DNA from: Paramecium tetraurelia
Taxonomy: Eukaryota
Direction: 5' to 3'
Length of the DNA: 64,000 nucleotides
Assembly: GCA_000165425.1 (NCBI GenBank)
Contig: CT868507.1
Location: 372,001-436,000 of the forward strand
Part shown: positions 55,601 to 64,000 of the stretch, in pieces
How positions within the stretch are numbered: position 1 is the first letter of the stretch
Layout of the letters: each line of letters begins with the position of its first letter
Notes under the pieces: model-generated
Databases searched by the model: none
Told to the model about the DNA's origin: nothing
The model's input: the letters and a program-made list of their open reading frames with translations, nothing else
Program-made: the position numbers and the translations under genes

Positions 55601-58600
55601 AACAAAAATGATATTACAGAGATTAGAGGTTTTATCAGTCCTCCACCTGTTGTTTAATTGGTGTTAGAAGCTGTTTGCATATTATTGTAAGAGAAGACTG
55701 ATTGGAATTCAGCAAAATAAGTTATGATCAGTGGCGATTTTACGGAAAGATTAACGAAATATGATAAGAGTTAGATAACTGAATAGATGTTGAAGAAGTT
55801 GAGATTCATTACAATTAAGCCGGAATTTGATCCAATTTGTGTTGCTCAAAAAAGTCAAGCTTGCAAAAGTCTGTGTATGTGGTGTCGAGCTATTGATAAT
55901 TATTCAAGGGATTGTTAAAGAGGTAGAACCTAAGAAAAGGAAGGTTGCAGATAAGCAATAGATTTTAGAAGTCAAAAACAAGGAATTGGCACTAAAACAA
56001 GATGAATTATAGAAAGTTAGAGATAGAGTGGCTAGATTATAGAAAGAATGTGATGAAACTGTAGAAGGAAAGAATTTATTGGAGAAAAAATTAGAACAAA
56101 CAAAGAAAAGATTAATTGCAGCAGAAAAGTTAACATATTTATTAGCAGATGAAGGTGTAAGATGGAAAGATTAAATTAAATTGATTGAGCAAGTCTTGTA
56201 GCAAGTTATTGGAGATGTTTTCTTGGCTGCTTGTACTGTTAGCTATTTAGGTGCATTTACTGGTCAATATAGAGAGTAATTGTTAAAGAATGCTATTGAA
56301 AAATTGAAAGAATTAAATATTCCTTTTTCAGAAAATTATTCCTTATCTTCCACTCTTGAGAGTCAAATCGTTATAAGAGATTGGATTATTAGTGGATTAC
56401 CTAATGATGCCGTTTCGATTGATAATGGAGTAATTGTAACTAGAGCTGATCGTTGGCCTTTGATGATTGATCCGCAAGGATAAGCAAATAAATGGCTAAA
56501 ACAATTCAATAAGGAGTTGAAAGTTATGAGATTCACAGAATAACATTTTCTAAAAGGTTTATAATAATGCATTAGTTCTGGATATGAAGTCTTATTTGAA
56601 GAGGTTGAAGAGAAACTTGAGCCTTCTGTTGATTCAGTACTTTAGAAACAGATTATTGAAGTTGATGGACGCAGACTCATTAAAGTCGGAGATTAGAAAG
56701 TCGATTATCATAATTAATTTAAATTGTATTTCACTACAAAAATAGCCAACCCTAATTATTTACCAGAAGTGTTTATTAAGACTACAGTGATCAAATTTAG
56801 TATCACCTTTGAAGGCTTGTGTGATTAGTTATTGGGTGATGTAATGAAGTTTGAGAAGCCAGAAATTGAAAAGCAAAGAGATGAAATCATTATAAAAATG
56901 AGTAATGCTAACAAACAACTCAAAGGAGCCTAAGATTCCATTTTGGATTTGTTAGCCAATGTAACAGGAAATATTTTAGATAATGAATAATTGATCCACA
57001 CTCTTGAAGTCTCGAAATTTCAGTCTACGGATATTCAAAGGTCACTTGAAGAAACCATCATAGTGGAATAATAGATCAATGAATCTAGAAATCTCTATCA
57101 TTCAGTAGCCATAAGAGGAACAATATTATATTTTGTTATCTCAGATATGAGCTTAATCGATCCAATGTATCAATATTCTCTGCAATATTTCAAAAAACTC
57201 TATAATATTTCTCTGAATCTTACTCCTAAGACTGATTTGCTTAGTTAGAGGCTGCTTTACTTAGAAGAGACAATTACTTAGACTGTCTTCAAAGACATTT
57301 GTCGAGGTCTATTTTAATAGCATAGAAAGATCTTTTCATTCCTCATCTGTGCTTAAGTTCAGAGATAGAATGGTTCCGTTTCAAATGCAGCATGGAATTT
57401 ATTATTAAGGGATCAGATACCTTCAACTCCAATCATTAATCCAGATAAGGTATACTTGAAGGATTCCCAATGGAATTTAATTTTATGTATCTAAGAATAA
57501 ATTACAGAATTAACTGATCTATCTTCAGATATCAAAAACAACTTGTTGTATTGGAAAGAGTTTACTCAAATAGATGATATCTATTAAGCCTCCTTCCCAG
57601 CTCAATCTCCTCTAGCAGTCTGTTCGACTCTCAACCCTTTCTATAGATTGTTAATCATCAAGGCTTTAAAACCAGAAAAGATTATGTTTGGCTTGACTGA
57701 GTATGTGATTGAAATGTTCGGAGAATTTTATATCAATTTAGCTTCCTCTTCCATGGATGAAATCTATCAATCATCCGAACCTCATACTCCCATAATATTC
57801 ATATTATCTCCAGGAGCTGATCCCACTTAAACATTATTTAAATTGGCAAAAGAACAACAAAGCTAGATAGATGTAATTTCTTTGGGTTAAGGTCAAGGGA
57901 AAAAGGCAGAACACTTAATTTAAAAAGGATAGAAGGAGGGAACCTGGGTTATGCTTTAAAATTGCCACTTAGCAAGATCATGGATGCCTTAATTAGAAAA
58001 ATTGATGGAATCTCTCACATCACATCAAATTGAAGTCCATAATAGTTTCAGAATCTTTTTAACTTCAATGCCTGCTGCTTACTTCCCTGTAAGTACACTA
58101 CAGAATGGTCTTAAACTTACCACAGAACCTCCTAGAGGATTGAAATCAAACTTGCTGAGATCCTACTAAGAATTTCAGCAAGCAGACAACCAATAAAAGC
58201 TATTCAAATAATTATTTTTCAGCATTTCCTTCTTTCATGCTATAGTGTAGGAGAGGAGGAAATTTGGACCTCTTGGATTCAATATTTCTTATGAATTCAA
58301 TGACTCTGATCTGGATATAAGTATATAAATGATGAAAATGTTTATATCCTAAGAGGAAGAAATCCCATGGGATGCAATGTAATTTATGATAGGGCAAATT
58401 AATTATGGTGGAAGAGTCACTGATGATTAAGATAGAGTATGCTTAACTTCAATATTGAAGAAGTATTTAGGTGATCATATTGAAAACAATGTTAAATTCT
58501 CTAACAGTGGCATCTATTATTTGCCAGAAGATGACTATATTAATTATATCTCCCAATTACCAAATTAAGAAGATCCTGAAGTATTTGGAATGCATGAAAA

Positions 58601-59611
58601 TGCAAACATTGTGTTCTAAACTTAGGAGAGCCAAAAGATATTAGATATCATCTTATCCATCTAGCCTCGTGTGAGTAGTACGAGCACTTAGAAATCGCCT
58701 GATATGATTGTTATGGAAAAGGCTATTTACTTTTAAAGCAATCTTCCAGAACTCTTGGATAAAAATAGTTGTCATCAGAGACATTATTAAATTACTGAAA
58801 ATGGCAGTGTTTAATCTTTGTCAACAGTGTTGTTTTAAGAAATAGATAAATTCAACAGATTGCTTGAATTAATCCAATCTACTTTAGTTTAAATGTAATA
58901 GGCAATAAAAGGCTTAGTTTTGATATCCTCGGATTTAGATGAAATGTATTTAGCATTTCTCAATAATGCCATTCCTCCTAATTGGATGAAATAATCGTAC
59001 TCTACTTTGAAACCACTTTCCAGTTGGTTCAAAGATTTGATTGCAAGAGTAAACTTCATTCGATCTTGGATGGAGAAAGATTTCATTCCTGCCTATTGGA
59101 TGTCTGGATTATTCTATCCACAAGGATTTTTAACTGGAGTATTATAAACTCATTCTAGAAAATACAAGATCCCAATTAATAAACTCAATTTCAAATTTAA
59201 GGTGTTGGACATAGAACAAGATAGGATCAGAGATGAAGTTAAAGATGGAGTCTATGTTTATGGTCTTTATTTGGAAGGAGCACGTTGGGATTACTAACAT
59301 GAAACCCTAATTGAATAATAAGTAGGCTAAATTTATTTCCCTCTTGCCATGATGTATTTCTAACCAATGGAGGAATACTAAATTGGCGATGAATATTATA
59401 AGTAACATTATGCAATCAATAATTAGTTGTCCTTGCTATAAAACATCGAATAGAACAGGAGTTCTCTCAACTACAGGTTAATCTACAAACTTCATTTTGT
59501 CTATTGTAATACATTTTTAATTTATTCTTTTAGGATTTGATGAGCAAAATAGAGAAACCAGAATATTGGACCTTGAGAGGAACAGCTCTAATATCTTAAT
59601 TAAATGATTGA
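46667..59611 (+). CDS. Inner-arm (single-headed, DNAH6-like) dynein heavy chain, full length but with four apparent +1 frameshifts
   Basis: P-loops GPAGTGKT (AAA1), GGSGSGKT (AAA2), GQTGVGKS (AAA3) and GVGGSGKQS (AAA4). Also [19 protein letters not shown] and C-terminal [17 protein letters not shown]. Contains a 224-nt intron at 53057-53280. Confidence 0.88.
53090..53226 (+). ncRNA. Candidate intronic box H/ACA snoRNA/scaRNA
   Basis: Hairpin 1: TGCAG 53093-97 pairs with CTGCA 53148-52, and upper stem CCC-TTTGTTTA pairs with TAAATAAA-T-GGG. H box AAATTA (ANANNA) at 53154-59. Hairpin 2: TCCTA 53162-66 pairs with TAGGA 53216-20, and 12-bp upper stem CTAAATGAAGTT pairs with AACTTTGTTTAG. ACA at 53221-23. 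Length about 137 nt. Confidence 0.8.
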
Positions 59612-59732
59612 TTATTTATTATTATAAATTTTATAAATATCTTGTGCTAATTTAACATTATACTATTTTATGATGTACGTAAAACAATTAAAATCACCGC
59701 TAAGATGGCAACATGATGAAAGCCAAATTCAA

Positions 59733-60444
59733 TCAAAAATACTGATCTTTTACTCTTTTTATTACTTCCCCTAGACTTTATAGTGTAATCTCTCTCACCT
59801 ATTCCTTGTCTTAAAAGTTGTTCATACTCTAAAATTATATTATCAATCAAATATCTTACACTAATTCTTTTATTATTAACAATTTTATAGATGACTTTGT
59901 TTTCTTTTTTGTTAAGGGACTTAACCTTCTCTGTGAATGACTGGAACTTTGGTTCAAAGGATTTGTGATATAAATAGATATATATATCAGCAATACTAAA
60001 ATACACTATTTATTGTTTCTAAGATATACCATTAATTAGCTCTTAATATTTTGAGGATTCTTAGTTAATAATCCAAAAGTGAAAATGATTTTCCTTTGAA
60101 TTTGTTGATTCTACTTTGGAACAATATTCTAGATGATAATGTGATCTTGGTTGTCTAGGAGTATTGCAATATTTAAATATTTCATCTATTTGGTCACAAT
60201 TATCCACGATTAAAACATTGATACTGCAATATTCCTTCTAATCAATTTCCTCCTCTTTGGTCGATGTCTAAATAGATTCTTTGCCAAATAATACATTTGT
60301 GTCCTTATCAATTTCTTCATATTGGTAAGCATGAGGACACATCTCTTTTACTTCATATTTGTTCTGCAGTTCTTATTTATGCTATGATAATTGAATGTAT
60401 TATTCAATAGACTCTGCATGAAAGGCTCCCAATCTTTTGCGCAT
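59733..60444 (-). CDS. Hypothetical protein, possibly a degenerate small-GTPase-like fold
   Basis: Intact frame with two introns. INVLIVD..HFHFWIINQESSKYQELINVYFSIADIYIYLY is reminiscent of Rab-like beta strands, but there is no P-loop. Confidence 0.55.
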
Positions 60445-60515
60445 CACTTACTATTAGTTATTTAAATTAAACTAATATTTATATTTTCATAATTTTCAAA
60501 TAAGGCTCAAAAGAA

Positions 60516-63500
60516 ATGTAAAATACACTCTAAATACTAGGCTAACAAGACCACCGATACTTAGAGAGTCTAGGCATACCAAAATGAATTAGAAGGAACC
60601 TTCTATTCTTGTTTTGAAATTGGGAAGTCAACCAAATGTGGGAAGTAATTAATTAAGTAAAACCCTCAGAATTACCACCAAAGGTGTTATAATAGAATCC
60701 TACTACTGAGGTAAGAAGAATGAAAAACAAATCCATTAGTTAACATATTAGTGGAAATGGGCCTCATTAATAAGTAAATTATTATAGATAACCAAATAAA
60801 CGAATAATATATGACTCTACGCACTGCTTGAATACTCTAAATAATCGTTCATCAAGTAATAGAATGAAGAAAATTCACTCAGTCAGTTCTCATATTAGTA
60901 ATTAGTTCACCAATATAAAGATGAAAGTTTTAATTAACATCTTGATGATCACCCTCGAAACAATATAGTTTGCAAAGAAATTGCAACTAGCAGCGAATTG
61001 GATGAAGGCAAGAGACTATTTACTGAAAATAAAGTTGAAGAAGCATTAAAAAATTTTTAAAATTATTAAAACAAATATGGATTGCATCCTGAAGCATTGT
61101 ACATCTCGGGATTATGTTTCATGACTCTAGATTAAGAAGAAAAATACATTGAGTAATTTTCGACTCTAATAAAGACTTTTCCAAGATTCAAAAGAACTTC
61201 ATATATGTATTTAGCTCTTTCTCTCAAAAAAAATAATCTTATCAATGAAGCAATACATGTGATATCCTAAGGTATCAATCATTTCAACAGATACTTTGAA
61301 GCTCTGATATTTAGAGCTAAATTGTTTTTGAAGATTAAGAATTATGAAAAAGCTATCAAAGACTTTCAATCAGCAATTTAAGTTAATCCAAATAAATCTA
61401 TTTGCTATGTTGGATTAAGTGATTGTTATAAGCAAATAAACTAAATTCAGCAGGCTATTGAAGAGTTGAATAAGGCACTTGAATTCGAAGAATTGTCTAA
61501 ATCAAAATAAATTCTATTAAAAAGATTCACAATCTATTTAGACAATAAAGATTTCGAGAAAGCAAAATAAGATATGAACCTATTGCTTGAAATTTGTCCA
61601 AATGATTCCGAAGTTTATTATTTTAAAGGAATTTTAATGCAAAAGTAGAGTAATTACTGTATTTGATTTTAGAACATCTTTAAGATGCACTTTTGGCGCT
61701 TGAATAGTCAATTAAGGTCAATAGTGAAAAAAAACCAGTCACTAAAGCTCTCTATGAAATTGTGAAAATAAAGATTGAATAAAATGATTATTATTCTGCT
61801 TAGCATGAACTTGATAGAGCAACCTATCTTGACGTTGATAATACACAATTATAAAAATTTGAGCTCTTTGTTGGAGGAGCTATTTATTTAATGAAAAGGA
61901 AATTTGAAGATGGTGTCTAATTGTTAACAGAAATGATCACTAAGAATCATTAAAGTGATAATCTGAAATTCTAAGCCCATCAATATAGAGCCTATGGATA
62001 TTTTTGTATGTCGAAGTTCAATCTAGCGAAACAAGACTTAGAATTATATTAGGAAAATCTTTTGGAGAAAGTAATTTTGTTAACGATTATAGGCATCTCT
62101 TTATAATAAGCTTCTTTGTTATGGTATAATTAAATATGAGGATAATGAATTAGAGTAAAGCAGAAGAGAATTCTCGCTTGCTCATAAAATGCTTCCAAAT
62201 AAGATGGAACCCTTATTTTATCAAGCCATTATTCAAATTAAAAAATATTGCTCTTGTCCCCAATCGAGTGAAGAAAATAGGATAAAATATCTTAAGGATG
62301 CTTTAAATTTACTTGAAGCAGCCTCAAAGATTTGTGAGTAATCAAACTTGCTTTTCTACAAAGGGATCTTGCACTTTGCCTTTGGAAATCTAGAGAAATC
62401 TGCCTTAGACTTAGAACAGGCCATTGATAAGTCAGAAGATAATCAAGCATAGCATTATTATGTAAGAGGATTGCTTCATTGTCAACAATAACTATTTAAA
62501 TAGGCCGTCAACGACTTTACAATTTGCTTAAGTTTAGATTAAAATCATTCGGAATCCTATCTGAATAGATGTAAACTATTAACAATGATGGGAGAAGTCG
62601 GCACTGCTTACCTAGATCTATAAAAATACGTTGAATTAAGGGAGTAATATTCAATAAACTATCAAACTGTAGGAATTCTATACTTTTTAATTGGAGCTTA
62701 TGATGAAGCTATCCAAGCATTTAGTAATTGCAGGAACATTGAAGGATATTATGAGAAAGTTAAAGTCTTAATTTATGGGAAGGAATTGAATTCAGCACTC
62801 AATGAGCTAACCATTATTATAGAAGAAATGCATAACCAAGAAGCAGTGGTTGATCATTAAGTCTTAACTATACTTAGGGAAACTAGTTTACAAATATCCA
62901 CAAAGATTTTGGAAGATAGCATTAACAGCATAACCTAAATCTAAAAAACGTAATAGGAAGGCTTGATATTTAGATCATCTGATATCTATTTTTATAAAGG
63001 CTTATTCTATACTCATTTGGGGCAATATTCTAAAGCAAAATAGTGCCTTACCTTTTCATATGATTTAAAGGAAAAAGAAATTAAATCGTCGATAAACGAC
63101 TAATTAATTAATTAGAACAATCTTGAAGATTTTGATTTCAGCAATAAGACTTACAATATCTATGAGCATCTCTATAATTGTGCAATTCTAGATGTTCTGT
63201 TAGGGAATATGGATGAAGCCTTTGAAACTCTCACTTTACTTCTTGAGCATTTAAGTTAAATAGAATTTAGAGCTCAATTGTAGATCTTATTGGATTTATT
63301 ACGCGATGATTTATTGGATACACCTCCTGGAGAACAGTTTTCGTAAATTTAGGAATTCTAATTATTCCCTTAACATAATCGATTATGTTCAATCTATCCT
63401 GCAGTTTAATTCTAATTGAAAAAGTATTCTTTCTAAATTAGAATGTCATTTTGTCTACCAATCGTTGAATTCCCTTCATAACCTATTTTATTTGATGAGC

Positions 63501-63803
63501 AGCTACTTCTAAAAATATCTGTAATTAAACTCTTTATTTTTAAAGCCTAAAGTTGTGGAGAATAAGCCAGAAGCTCCTTGGATTAAAAGGTCAAATGAAG
63601 GAGTGATCTTTACGGATAACATTTAATGTGTTGATGAGTTGGATCTACAATCTACTGTTAGAAAAGAAGACATCGAAGAAAAGCAGTAAGAAATTACTGA
63701 ACATTAAAAAGAGAATGAAATAACTAAATTAAAAGAGAAACTTAAGTTAGATGATTAAATAGCTAAAAAATTGAATTCGATATTGTAATAAAATGAAAAA
63801 TGA
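60516..63803 (+). CDS. Tetratricopeptide-repeat (TPR) protein
   Basis: Multiple TPRs (ALIFRAKLFLKIKNYEKAIKDFQSAIQVNP; HYYVRGLLHCQQQLFKQAVNDFTICLSLD). Several 21-29-nt introns. TGA at 63801-63803. Confidence 0.85.
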
Positions 63804-64000
63804 ATTTTTATTTTAAATAATTATAATCTGTTTAAAATAATATTGTTGTCTTGTAAATGATTTTAACTAAAAGTAAATTACTACATTTAATAATAAAAAA
63901 TGTAGAATCATTGAAAATTGTATATCACATCTTTATATTAGGATGATTACAATAGATCATTAGAGTATAAATAATAAATTAATATTAATTTGAATAATAA

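Noticed and set aside
47520..55915. Euplotes-type programmed +1 ribosomal frameshifting in the dynein
   Set aside because: The sites do not share the AAA-stop signature, and TAA/TAG are sense codons here.
59713..59745. ATGATGA...CTGA resembling C/D boxes
   Set aside because: Only about 33 nt in total, and it overlaps the antisense of a CDS end, so it is too short for a C/D snoRNA.

Overview
AT-rich eukaryotic DNA from a ciliate macronuclear chromosome, almost certainly Paramecium. TAA/TAG encode Gln and TGA is the only stop, introns are GT..AG and mostly 20-31 nt, intergenic gaps are tiny, and there is an epiplasmin gene. The supplied standard-code ORF track is therefore fragmented and mostly misleading. 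Reading with the ciliate code gives about 22 genes. They include the 5' half of the outer-arm dynein beta heavy chain, eIF1A, a large LRR plus multi-TM protein, three RING/RBR proteins, a vWA alpha-kinase, a PAS transmembrane protein, two Aurora/Polo-like kinases, TFIIH p44/SSL1, tRNA-Ile(AAT), a cNMP-domain protein, epiplasmin, a CDGSH Fe-S protein, a C2H2 protein, an inner-arm dynein heavy chain and a TPR protein. A tyrosyl-tRNA synthetase copy is a clear pseudogene. The most striking observation is a 224-nt intron (53057-53280), about 9 times normal size, in the inner-arm dynein gene. It holds a well-formed hairpin-H box-hairpin-ACA structure, i.e. a candidate intron-encoded H/ACA guide RNA, and its host gene carries four apparent single-base frameshifts. 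All coordinates were derived by hand and may be off by a few bases.
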